Shown one piece after another: positions 17,461-26,224 of a stretch of 64,000 bases of DNA. A program made the position numbers and the translations under genes. The DNA is from Oscillospiraceae bacterium (GTDB lineage Bacteria; Bacillota; Clostridia; Oscillospirales; Ruminococcaceae): positions 13,305-77,304 of the forward strand of contig JAFWQJ010000084.1 of NCBI GenBank assembly GCA_017545185.1. The letters run 5' to 3'. Each line of letters begins with the position of its first letter. Within the stretch, counting starts at the first letter, position 1. The notes under the pieces are model-generated. The model searched no databases, was not told the DNA's origin, and saw only the letters and a list, made by a program, of their open reading frames with translations.

Positions 17461-18642
17461 ATGGGAAGAAACAAAAAATTACAGGAGATCGACCTCTCGC
17501 TCAATTCGCTGGTCGTGTTCCGCAAGCTGCTGACGCATGAGGTCATTCTGCCGCTGCGCGCGCTGCTGGATACCGAATCCATGGATCCGATGATCCAGCT
17601 CCGGCAGTATACGGAATTTATCACGCGGCTGTATGCGAGAAGCACGAATCTGACGGAGTATATCTTTCAGCTGATCTGCGAGGACGATAATTTCTATGTC
17701 AGAGCGGTCGCGCGCGGGGAGCAGGTCGATGAGATGCTCGAAGCCTGCGTGCAGAACGAGCTTGCGATCCTGCAGCGGCTTGCGCGGATCCGTCCGCATG
17801 AGCTGCAGAAGGAAGTCTCCTACTACGGCGTTCTGCCGGAGTGGAAAACCTCTGACCTTGATTTCGGCGCGGAGTATCACGCCAGACTGCGTGAGATCGG
17901 CAAATACGGCTACGGCACCTTTGCGCCGCACCCGATGTTCGTGATCCGCGATGAGCGCATCGTGCCGGTGCTGCATCCCGACCCCGTGCAGCTTTCGGAG
18001 CTTTCCGGCTACGAAAAGGAGCGGCAGGCGGTCACGGACAATACGCTTGCGCTGCTGCAGGGAAAGCCCGCGCAGAATGTGCTGCTTTACGGCGATCCGG
18101 GCACGGGCAAATCCTCGACCGTGAAAGCGGTCGTCAATGCGTTTTTCGCGCAGGGTCTGCGGCTGATCCAGATCACGAAGGCGCAGCTTCCCATGCTGCC
18201 GGAGATCATGGATCAGATCTACGACTGCCCGCTGAGATTCATTCTGTATATCGACGATCTGACATTTGCGCCCGGAGATGACAGCTTCTCCGTGCTGAAG
18301 GCGACACTGGAGGGCACGGTCTCGGCGCGGCCGGACAATGCGCTGATCTACGCGACCGGCAGCCGGCAGAATCTGCTCGGGAAAGACGATGCGGACGGCG
18401 CGGCACTGGATTCGCTCTCGGCGCGGTTCGGACTGCGTGTCTGCTTTGCAAGGCCGGAGCGGGAGGAATATCTTGCCTTTACGCAGCAGCTTGCGGCGCA
18501 GATGGGACTGAACATGGATGCGGAGACGCTCGCGCAGAAGGCGGAGGACTATGCTGCCCGCAGCGGCGGCCGCTCCCCCAGAGCTGCCAAGCAGCTGATC
18601 GAGCGGCTGTTGGCGTGCGGGGAAAACCAGCCGGAAGCATAA
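17461..18642 (+). CDS. DUF815-type AAA-family ATPase
   Basis: Walker A LLYGDPGTGKSSTVKA and Walker B FILYIDDL. Overall match to the DUF815 family is from memory. Confidence 0.7.
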   Translation: MGRNKKLQEIDLSLNSLVVFRKLLTHEVILPLRALLDTESMDPMIQLRQYTEFITRLYARSTNLTEYIFQLICEDDNFYVRAVARGEQVDEMLEACVQNELAILQRLARIRPHELQKEVSYYGVLPEWKTSDLDFGAEYHARLREIGKYGYGTFAPHPMFVIRDERIVPVLHPDPVQLSELSGYEKERQAVTDNTLALLQGKPAQNVLLYGDPGTGKSSTVKAVVNAFFAQGLRLIQITKAQLPMLPEIMDQIYDCPLRFILYIDDLTFAPGDDSFSVLKATLEGTVSARPDNALIYATGSRQNLLGKDDADGAALDSLSARFGLRVCFARPEREEYLAFTQQLAAQMGLNMDAETLAQKAEDYAARSGGRSPRAAKQLIERLLACGENQPEA

Positions 18643-18658
18643 GTAAGAATGTATAAAA

Positions 18659-18690
18659 GGACGCTGACGCAGCAGTCGGCGTCCTTTTTT
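18659..18690 (+). terminator. intrinsic terminator
   Basis: GGACGCTGAC…GTCGGCGTCC followed by TTTTTT. Confidence 0.7.
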
Positions 18691-18743
18691 ATCCGGTCAG
18701 GCACTTCCATTCGCAAGCAGCTTTCTGCGCGTTCAGAGCGCCG

Positions 18744-18790
18744 AAAAACGGCAGACCCCCATGCAAATCGCATGCAGGGTCTGCCGTTTT
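18744..18790. terminator. bidirectional intrinsic terminator
   Basis: AAAACGGCAGACCC…GGGTCTGCCGTTTT with an inner CATGC/GCATG stem. Confidence 0.7.
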
Positions 18791-18791
18791 A

Positions 18792-19124
18792 TCAGTCTTT
18801 TTCGTAGTACACAAGCGTCATGTGCGCATTGACGGTATCCGTTCTGCCGGTGCGGTGATAGCCCGTTTTCTCATACAGATAACAGTTTCCTGTCTCCTGC
18901 AGGATCGTCGAGAGCGCCCAGTGCTCCGCGCCGTGGATCTGCTCTGCCGCAAGGATCGCCGGCTGCGCGAGCCGTTCGGCAACGCGTTCGCAGGGTTCAC
19001 ACGCAGGATTCAGATCATAGTCCCGATAGCGTTCGAGCAGCGGCGCAAACGCGGTTTTCTGCATCGCCCAAAGCTGTTTGCAGTCCGCCGAAACTGCCCG
19101 CCGCAGCGTCACAGCCCGCTTCAC
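18792..19124 (-). CDS. short GNAT-like protein, apparently with an in-frame internal deletion of the acetyl-CoA-binding core
   Basis: N-terminal (…LWAMQKTAFAPLLERYRDYDLNPA…) and C-terminal (…WALSTILQETGNCYLYEKTGY…MTLVYYEK) GNAT-family segments are joined with only ~10 aa between them. The start overlaps the MBL gene stop. Confidence 0.5.
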   Translation of the reverse strand: MKRAVTLRRAVSADCKQLWAMQKTAFAPLLERYRDYDLNPACEPCERVAERLAQPAILAAEQIHGAEHWALSTILQETGNCYLYEKTGYHRTGRTDTVNAHMTLVYYEKD

Positions 19125-19765
19125 CGCTTTGGCGGGTTCAGATAATGCCCGAAGGTGCGCTCATGCTCCAGCGTGGTGCTGCCGTAGTGACCGCAGTAGA
19201 CGGTGCAGTCGCCCTCGATCGCGCCGAGCCTTGCCAGCGACGCGCGCATATCGCGGATGTTGCCGCCCGGGAAGTCCACTCTTCCGACGCCGTCACGGAA
19301 AAGCGTGTCACCGGAAAAAAGGATATCCCCGTGCCGGAAGCAGCAGCTTCCGGGGGAGTGCCCCGGCGTATGCATGACGGTAAAGGTCAGCTCCTCCGAG
19401 AATTTCAGTTCATCGCCCTCTGCAAAAGTGCGGATTATGCTTTCGTCCGGGCACTGATACTCCGCACCGTAGCCGAGATACACCGCGAGCGAATACTCCG
19501 CGGAGATCACCAGCGGCTTGTCCAGTTCATGCACATAGAGCGGCACACCGGTCTCCTCCATGACATCCGCAGCGGCGCCGAAATGGTCAAAGTGCGCGTG
19601 CGTCAGCAGGATCGCCTGCGGCTTTAATGCCTGCTGCCGGATCTCATCCAGAATCCGGGCACTCTCCGCGCCCGGGTCAATGATGACCGCGTTTTTTTCG
19701 TCGTCGGAGACCAGAAAGCAGTTTGCTTCCAGTTCCCCGACCGGTAACTGTGTGATATTCAGCAT
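19121..19765 (-). CDS. MBL-fold metallo-hydrolase
   Basis: LLTHAHFDHFG (HxHxDH) and HTPGHSPGS. Start at ATG 19765 follows AAGGAGAA. The longer track ORF would overlap the upstream gene. Confidence 0.85.
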   Translation of the reverse strand: MLNITQLPVGELEANCFLVSDDEKNAVIIDPGAESARILDEIRQQALKPQAILLTHAHFDHFGAAADVMEETGVPLYVHELDKPLVISAEYSLAVYLGYGAEYQCPDESIIRTFAEGDELKFSEELTFTVMHTPGHSPGSCCFRHGDILFSGDTLFRDGVGRVDFPGGNIRDMRASLARLGAIEGDCTVYCGHYGSTTLEHERTFGHYLNPPKR

Positions 19766-19776
19766 ACATTTTCTCC

Positions 19777-20772
19777 TTATTCGTATTCGCCGCGGCGGAT
19801 CACCATATTGCATCTGCCCCATGCTTCATCCCCGAAGCGGAAAGCCTCCGGCGTCAGCGCACGTTCGGCAAAGCCCGCTTTCTGATAGCATTTTCCTGCG
19901 GCGGTATTCGCATCAAAGACCATAAGCTGCACGGCAGATGCGTCCGTCTTTGCAAAGATCTCCTGCACGGCGGCGCGGATCATTCCGGTGCCGATGCCCT
20001 GCCCGCGCAGCTGCGGGTCAACGATCACAAATTTCAGCAGGATCTCGCCGTCCCGCGGCTCTGCGGGATAACAGAAAAAACCGACGGCTCTGCCGGTGCT
20101 GTCCTCCGCGATATACGGCAGATCGCCGCTTTGCGCACGGATTTTCCGCAGACTGTCCGCAAAACCCGCCGCATCCGGCGGATAGGGAAAGCGGTCCGCA
20201 CACCACATGGCATGGGTGCGGCGGTCGGTTGACCACTTTCGCAGCGTTTCAAAATCCTGTTCATGCCGATACGGCCGGATCGTCAGTTTCTGCTGATCGT
20301 TCAGCGGACGCATCATGAAAACGTCCGAATGCCCGCCCTCGTAATACGGCGCAGTATCAGTGAAGCCTGCCCTGCGGTACAGCCGGATCGCCCGCTGACT
20401 TGTGGAAAGCGAATCGAGATACATCGCCTGAAAACCGGCCTTTTCCGCAAACCGGAGTGCGGTTTCAAGCAGCATCCGCCCGTATCCGTTCCCGTGATAC
20501 TTTTCCAGCAGATACAGCGATTTCAGCTCGCAGCGTTCGCTGTCAAAAGCCCGGACGGCAGCCGTCCCGATGATCTGCTCCGCATCGAACATGCACCAGA
20601 ATGCAGCAAAATGCGCTGCAGTATGCAGATAAAAGCCATGCCTGCCGGAGAGGTCAAGTGTCCTGCCCGATTCCGGCAGACACTGCGCCAGAAAGGCCAG
20701 CAGGCGCGGTTCAAATTCCTTCCGGTACGGAACCGGAACGAAGGAAGGTTCCATATTTTGTTCCTCTTTCAT
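19777..20772 (-). CDS. tandem-domain GNAT N-acetyltransferase
   Basis: Two GNAT cores: …YHGNGYGRMLLETALRFAEKAGF… and …LRGQGIGTGMIRAAV…. Confidence 0.8.
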   Translation of the reverse strand: MKEEQNMEPSFVPVPYRKEFEPRLLAFLAQCLPESGRTLDLSGRHGFYLHTAAHFAAFWCMFDAEQIIGTAAVRAFDSERCELKSLYLLEKYHGNGYGRMLLETALRFAEKAGFQAMYLDSLSTSQRAIRLYRRAGFTDTAPYYEGGHSDVFMMRPLNDQQKLTIRPYRHEQDFETLRKWSTDRRTHAMWCADRFPYPPDAAGFADSLRKIRAQSGDLPYIAEDSTGRAVGFFCYPAEPRDGEILLKFVIVDPQLRGQGIGTGMIRAAVQEIFAKTDASAVQLMVFDANTAAGKCYQKAGFAERALTPEAFRFGDEAWGRCNMVIRRGEYE

Positions 20773-20835
20773 CGGCCGATCGGGAGCACTTCGCCGACCG
20801 TCCCCGAAGGGAAACGCCCGCGCGGGCTGCCGCGG

Positions 20836-23046
20836 TTAATACGCCGCGCGCTCGGCCGAGAGGACGTCACGGACGGTGCGGAGCCGGTTCAGCAGCGTGT
20901 CAAGCTGCTCCAGAGAGCTGACCGACACCGTCGCATTCAGCATCGCGTTGCCGTCCTTCAGCATGTGGAAATTGAAGTTCGACACCGGCAGATGCGCCTC
21001 GCCGATCACCTGCGTGATATCGTTCAGCAGATTCAGCCGGTTCAGGCAGAGCACCTCGATATTCGCCTTCAGCTCGGCAGCAGGCGCGTCAGACGCCCAG
21101 TGCGCCGCGACCCAGCGGCTCATCTCCGCGGGATCGTTTTTCTGCAGCGCCTCCTGATATTTCCGGCACTGCTGCTTGTGGATCGTAATGCCGTGCCCCA
21201 TGGTCGTGAAGCCGACGATCTTCTCGCCCTGCAGCGGCGAACAGCACCGCGCCAGCTTGACCTCCAGATTGTCAATGCCGTCAATGATGATGCCCGTGCC
21301 GCCTCTGGTCGGCTTGCGGAGCTCGGGGAGCTGTTCGCCGGGCGTCTGCTGCTCGGCGGGCGCAAACCGCTTGAGATAATACTCCCGGATGCGCGGCATC
21401 AGCTTGGTCAGCGACAGGCCGCCGTAGCCGACCGCCGCATAGAAATCGTCGAGCGTTTCGCAGTTCGGCTGCCGCAGATCCTCCTTAACGATGCTTTCCA
21501 GCTGCTCCGGCGTCATGACAATATGCATCCGCTTGCACTCGTGCTCGATGCTCGCTTTGCCCGTGACGATATTCTCCGGGCGCCGCTCCCGCTTGAACCA
21601 TGAGCGGATCTTCGCGCGTGCCTCATTCGTCTTGACGATATCGAGCCAGTTGCGGTTCGGCCCCTTGTTCGGATCCTTGCTCGTCAGGATCTCGCAGATC
21701 TCGCCGGTGTTGAGCTGATAGGTCAGCGGCACGATCTTGCCGTCCACCTTGGCGCCGGTCGTTCTGTGGCCGATCTGCGTATGGATATGGTACGCGAAGT
21801 CGATGACCGTTGAGCCGACCGGCAGCGAAATGGAATCGCCCTTCGGCGTCATGACGACAACGTCCTCCGGCGCAATATCGTTCTTGATCGTTGCGACAAG
21901 CTCCTCGGGGTCGTCGCTTGCCTGCTGTGTTTCGAGCACCTGACGGATCCACGCGATGCGCGAATCCATGACGGTCTTGCCCTGAATGCTCTCCTTGTAT
22001 TTCCAGTGCGCGGCGACGCCGTATTCCGCATTTGCGTGCATTTCCCATGTGCGGATCTGCACCTCGAACGGAATGCCCTCCTTGCCGAGCACGGATGTAT
22101 GCAGCGACTGATAGCCGTTCGGCTTCGGGTTCGCAATATAATCCTTAAAGCGGTTCGGGATCGGGCGGAACATATCGTGGATCAGGCCGAGCACGCTGTA
22201 GCACTCGTTGTCGGTCGTCACGATCACGCGCACCGCGTATTTGTCGTAGATCTCGTCAATGGATTTGTGGTGGATATACACCTTTTTATAAATGCCGTAA
22301 ATGCTCTTGACGCGCCCGTCGATCTGCGGCGGGGTGACGAAATCCTGCGAACGGAACCGCTCCGCGATCCGCTGCTTGATGCTCTCGATGAACGCCTCGC
22401 GCTCCTCTTTCTTGTTATCGAGCAGGCTTTCGATCTCCGCGTAGGCATAGGGATCAAGATAGTAGAACGACAGATCCTCAAGCTCCTCCTGCACCGATGT
22501 GATGCCCAGACGGTGCGCGATCGGCGCATAGACGTTCATCGTCTCGAAGGCCGTGTTGTGCTGCTTGTGGATCGGGCGGTACTGCAGCGTGCGCATATTG
22601 TGCAGACGGTCGGCCAGCTTGATGATCATGACGCGGATATCCTGCGACATCGCGAGCAGGATCTTCATGACGTTCTCCGCCTGCTGCTGCTCCTTGGAGA
22701 ATGTCGGCACCTTGGCGAGCTTTGTCACGCCGTCCACGAGCATCGCAACATCATGCCCGAAGCGCTTCTGCACATCCTCCCTTGTTGCGGCGGTATCCTC
22801 CACGACATCGTGGAGCAGCGCCGCGCAGAGCGTATCCGTATCCATGCCGAGCTCCAGCAGGATATACGCGACCGCGACCGGATGCACGATATACGGCTCT
22901 CCCGAGGAGCGCACCTGTCCCTCGTGGCACTGTGCGGCGTATTCGTATGCCGCGATCAGCTTGCTGATATCGTACTGCCGGTCATCTGTCAGGATCTTTG
23001 CAATGATCATGTCTATGGTATATGTCTCATCATGAAACTCCGGCAT
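20836..23046 (-). CDS. relA: bifunctional (p)ppGpp synthetase/hydrolase
   Basis: 736 aa with an HD domain (…HPVAVA…LHDVVEDT…), a RelA/SpoT synthetase domain (…YIANPKPNGYQSLHT…), and TGS and ACT regions. RBS AAGGAGGTG. Confidence 0.93.
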   Translation of the reverse strand: MPEFHDETYTIDMIIAKILTDDRQYDISKLIAAYEYAAQCHEGQVRSSGEPYIVHPVAVAYILLELGMDTDTLCAALLHDVVEDTAATREDVQKRFGHDVAMLVDGVTKLAKVPTFSKEQQQAENVMKILLAMSQDIRVMIIKLADRLHNMRTLQYRPIHKQHNTAFETMNVYAPIAHRLGITSVQEELEDLSFYYLDPYAYAEIESLLDNKKEEREAFIESIKQRIAERFRSQDFVTPPQIDGRVKSIYGIYKKVYIHHKSIDEIYDKYAVRVIVTTDNECYSVLGLIHDMFRPIPNRFKDYIANPKPNGYQSLHTSVLGKEGIPFEVQIRTWEMHANAEYGVAAHWKYKESIQGKTVMDSRIAWIRQVLETQQASDDPEELVATIKNDIAPEDVVVMTPKGDSISLPVGSTVIDFAYHIHTQIGHRTTGAKVDGKIVPLTYQLNTGEICEILTSKDPNKGPNRNWLDIVKTNEARAKIRSWFKRERRPENIVTGKASIEHECKRMHIVMTPEQLESIVKEDLRQPNCETLDDFYAAVGYGGLSLTKLMPRIREYYLKRFAPAEQQTPGEQLPELRKPTRGGTGIIIDGIDNLEVKLARCCSPLQGEKIVGFTTMGHGITIHKQQCRKYQEALQKNDPAEMSRWVAAHWASDAPAAELKANIEVLCLNRLNLLNDITQVIGEAHLPVSNFNFHMLKDGNAMLNATVSVSSLEQLDTLLNRLRTVRDVLSAERAAY

Positions 23047-23094
23047 AAGAACACCTCCTTTACGGGAAAGTCCCGTTTCATTGTGTTAATTGAT

Positions 23095-23877
23095 TCAGGT
23101 ACGATCCGGCAGGATCTCCGAGACCGCATACAGCGCGGCAGTTCCGGCGATCTTCACGCGGTCACCGCAGACGTCTGCATACAGCACGCCGCCGCGGGCG
23201 GATGCCTGATACGCAGTCAGCGCTGTTTTGCCGAGCCGCTCTGCCCAGTAGGGTGCGATCAGGCAGTGTGTCGAGCCGGTCACCGGATCCTCCGGTATCT
23301 TCATTTTCGGCGCAAATACGCGAGAAACACAGTCGTATTGCTCGCCCTGCGCCGTCACCGCAATGCAGAGCCCGTCAAGCTGCATCAGCTTTTCGGGGTC
23401 GGGCGTCAGCGTCCGGACAGCTTCCTCCGAATCCAGCACGAGCATCAGATCACGCGCAGCATAGGCCTGCACCGGCTGCACGCCGATCGCGGCGGTCATC
23501 TCCGGCGTGACCGGTATCTCACGGAGCGGATACGCAGGAAAGTCCATTTCAATGCGTTCGCCCGTGAACTGCACGGTCAGCGTGCCGTGCATCGTCAGAA
23601 AGCGGAGCGATCCTGCATCCGGCTGATAAAACCGGTGCAGCACATACGCCGTGCCGAGCGTCGCGTGTCCGCAGAAGTCGATCTCGCCGCCCGGCGTGAA
23701 CCAGCGCAGGCGGCAGGCATCGCCCTCCGGGACGGCGAACGCAGTCTCCGAAAAATTGTTTTCGGCCGCGATCTTCTGCATCAGATCATCGGGCAGCGGC
23801 GCATCCGTCACGCAGACAGCCGCCTGATTGCCCGAAAAAACAGTCTCCGCAAATGCATCAACGATATATTGCTTCAT
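23095..23877 (-). CDS. PhzF-family isomerase-like protein
   Basis: MKQYIVDAFAETVFSGNQAAVCV…FSETAF…GHATLG… The start overlaps the recJ stop (ATGA). Confidence 0.8.
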   Translation of the reverse strand: MKQYIVDAFAETVFSGNQAAVCVTDAPLPDDLMQKIAAENNFSETAFAVPEGDACRLRWFTPGGEIDFCGHATLGTAYVLHRFYQPDAGSLRFLTMHGTLTVQFTGERIEMDFPAYPLREIPVTPEMTAAIGVQPVQAYAARDLMLVLDSEEAVRTLTPDPEKLMQLDGLCIAVTAQGEQYDCVSRVFAPKMKIPEDPVTGSTHCLIAPYWAERLGKTALTAYQASARGGVLYADVCGDRVKIAGTAALYAVSEILPDRT

Positions 23878-25919
23878 GACGCATTCCCCTGCGCCAGTGC
23901 AAGAATTTTCCGGTAGGCTTCGGATTCGGTCAGCTCACGCTTCTGCGTGACGGGCAGCTTTGAGAGCGTCTCCGTCACCGGGTCATAGCAGAGCAGCCCC
24001 AGTTCGCTGAAAATATCCGCGATCATGCGGGCACGGCAGCGGTTCATGCCCTTGGCCTGCAAAGCCGTACAAAGCTGCTGCACGGTCATCGGCATCCGCT
24101 GCACAAGCTGATAGACCGCGATCAGATCAGGCCGGTGCGGACACATCCGCTGATAGTATGCCTGTGCGGGCAGCTGCTCGCCGCGGCAGTAGGCATCGTA
24201 TGCAGCCTGCGCCGCGATCGCCTGCTCCTGCGCCTGCTCGGAATACCGCCAGTCCTCTGCACGCAGCGTCAGCGACGGTCTGCCCTGATATTCCTTTACA
24301 TCCGCCGCGATCAGGAAGTCGAGCGTCTCCCCGATGCGGATGCCGGTCTCCTCCGGCTTTAAGCGGAACAGCAGCACCTCGCACTGTGCCGTACCCTTTT
24401 TCAGCCGCAGCTTGGTATGCGCACCGCCGGAAAGCGGCTGCACCTCCGCGACCGTCATGCCGGGCAGTACGAACAGGGGCTTCGGATTGCCCGCGCCGAA
24501 CGGCTCCATGATCTGCAGTCCCGCGACGTTTTCGGGCGTCAGTGCCTGCGGTTCGAGCGAACGCTCCGCATGAACGGTCATGACCGGCATGACGGGATTG
24601 TGTTCCGCCGCATAGCGCTGGATCGCCTGCATGAAATTGTCCTTTTCCTCCGGCGAGACGGTAAAGCCGCCCGCGCCGGGATGCCCGCCGTAGCGCACCA
24701 GATGTGCCTCGCAGGCCTTCAGGCACTCGAATACCGAGAAATCCCCGAAGCTTCTCGCGGAGCCGCGGTATCCGTCGTCCTCCAGGGACATCAGGAAGCA
24801 GGGCTTGCCGAAGCGCTCCATCAGCCGCGCCGCGACAATACCGATGACTCCATGATGCCAGTTCTCGCCGGCAAAGACCAGCACGCGCTCCGAGATCGTT
24901 TCCGGATGCTGCCGGATCACCCCGAGTATTTCGTCGGTGATCTCCTGCTCGGTCTTTTTCCGGTCGTTGTTCAGCGAATGAATCTGTGCAGCGAGCAGCT
25001 GTGCCTCGTCCGGGTCGTCCGTCAGGAACAGCTTTGCCGCAATGGATGCCGACGCAAAGCGTCCCGCCGCATTGATGCGCGGGATCAGCTGGAACGCGGC
25101 ATTCTGCGCGGAGATGACCGTGCCATCCTCAATGCCGCAGACCGCCATAAGCGAGATCAGTCCCATGCGCTCGGTGTTGGCGAGCAGCTGCAGGCCGCGC
25201 TGCACGATGTAGCGGTTTTCGCCGTCCAGCGGCATGACGTCCGCGATCGTCGCGAGCGCCGCCAGATCGCCGAACTGTTCGAGCGCGGGTTCCCAGTCAC
25301 CGCCGTCCAGTGCCGCGATCAGCTTCAGCACCACAACGGCGCCGCAGATCGTTTTATATGGCGAAGGGCAGTCCGGCCGGAACGGATCGACCACGGCCAC
25401 AGCCTCCGGCAGCGTATCGCCGGGACGGTGGTGGTCGGTGATGACCAGATCCATGCCCAGATCTTTGATGTATTTCGCTTCCTCAACGGCGGAGATGCCG
25501 TTATCTACGGTCACAATGAGGGAAACGCCGTCCTCATGCAGTGCCTTGAGGCTTTCGCAGCGCATCCCGTAGCCCTCTCTCCGCGTCGGGATATACCATG
25601 TCACATCCGCGCCTGCGCACATCAGCCAGTCTGTCAGCATGACCGTTGCGGTCACGCCGTCGCAGTCGTAGTCGCCGTATACGCAGATGCGCTCCCCGCT
25701 GTCAACCGCCGCAAGAATGCGCTCCGCGGCGCGCTCCATGTCCGCAAGCAGTAACGGGTCGGAAAGGCCGGAAACGTCCAGCAGGCTGCCCGCGGCTTCC
25801 AGTGATTCGATCCCGCGGGAGACCAGCACCTCCGCGCAGAGCTGCGTTATGCCGCCCTGCTGCCGGAGCATCGCTGCCTTTTTCGCATCCGGTGTTCCGA
25901 TTTCCCATCGTTTCAGCAA
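23874..25919 (-). CDS. recJ: single-stranded-DNA-specific exonuclease RecJ
   Basis: DHH/DHHA1 motifs (…YGDYDCDGVTA…, …VITDHH…, …GGHPGAGG…). TTG start lies 5 nt after GGAGGTGG. Confidence 0.9.
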   Translation of the reverse strand: MLKRWEIGTPDAKKAAMLRQQGGITQLCAEVLVSRGIESLEAAGSLLDVSGLSDPLLLADMERAAERILAAVDSGERICVYGDYDCDGVTATVMLTDWLMCAGADVTWYIPTRREGYGMRCESLKALHEDGVSLIVTVDNGISAVEEAKYIKDLGMDLVITDHHRPGDTLPEAVAVVDPFRPDCPSPYKTICGAVVVLKLIAALDGGDWEPALEQFGDLAALATIADVMPLDGENRYIVQRGLQLLANTERMGLISLMAVCGIEDGTVISAQNAAFQLIPRINAAGRFASASIAAKLFLTDDPDEAQLLAAQIHSLNNDRKKTEQEITDEILGVIRQHPETISERVLVFAGENWHHGVIGIVAARLMERFGKPCFLMSLEDDGYRGSARSFGDFSVFECLKACEAHLVRYGGHPGAGGFTVSPEEKDNFMQAIQRYAAEHNPVMPVMTVHAERSLEPQALTPENVAGLQIMEPFGAGNPKPLFVLPGMTVAEVQPLSGGAHTKLRLKKGTAQCEVLLFRLKPEETGIRIGETLDFLIAADVKEYQGRPSLTLRAEDWRYSEQAQEQAIAAQAAYDAYCRGEQLPAQAYYQRMCPHRPDLIAVYQLVQRMPMTVQQLCTALQAKGMNRCRARMIADIFSELGLLCYDPVTETLSKLPVTQKRELTESEAYRKILALAQGNAS

Positions 25920-25980
25920 ATTCTGCCACCTCCGCTGTCAGAACGGTCGATTGCCCGTTCGTGATCCTTCTCATCTTATT

Positions 25981-26009
25981 AGTATACCATTTTTATGAAA
26001 AAAAAGCAA
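25981..26009 (-). promoter_or_regulatory. sigma-70-type promoter for recJ operon
   Basis: On the minus strand: TTGCTT, 17-nt spacer, TGG-TATACT. Confidence 0.45.
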
Positions 26010-26171
26010 GCCCCGGGGATCCCCCGCCGGCATTTCCCTCCGGGTCGGCAGGGCCGACAGCCGTTTTCCTTCGGAGGCGGTGAGCGGAGCTCCCCCAATA
26101 TGCTAAGTACACGCCGCGGGGCGGCTTCTGCGGCGTTTGTACGCCCAATGCAACGCGCCGCAGGCAGAGCG

Positions 26172-26215
26172 AAAACGTCCGTGCAGAGGGGTTCTCCCCG
26201 CACGGACGCTTTTTT
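26172..26215. terminator. intrinsic terminator downstream of the Wzz-like gene
   Basis: AACGTCCGTGC-AGAGGGGTTCTCCCC-GCACGGACGC, with an A-run on one side and a T-run on the other. Confidence 0.6.
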
Positions 26216-26224
26216 CACATTCTG

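Noticed and set aside
26040-26095. SRP (4.5S) RNA-like CCGAAGGAAAAC segment on the minus strand
   Set aside because: It does not match the conserved GGUCCGGAAGGAAGCAGC helix-8 motif closely enough, and the flanking helices are absent.
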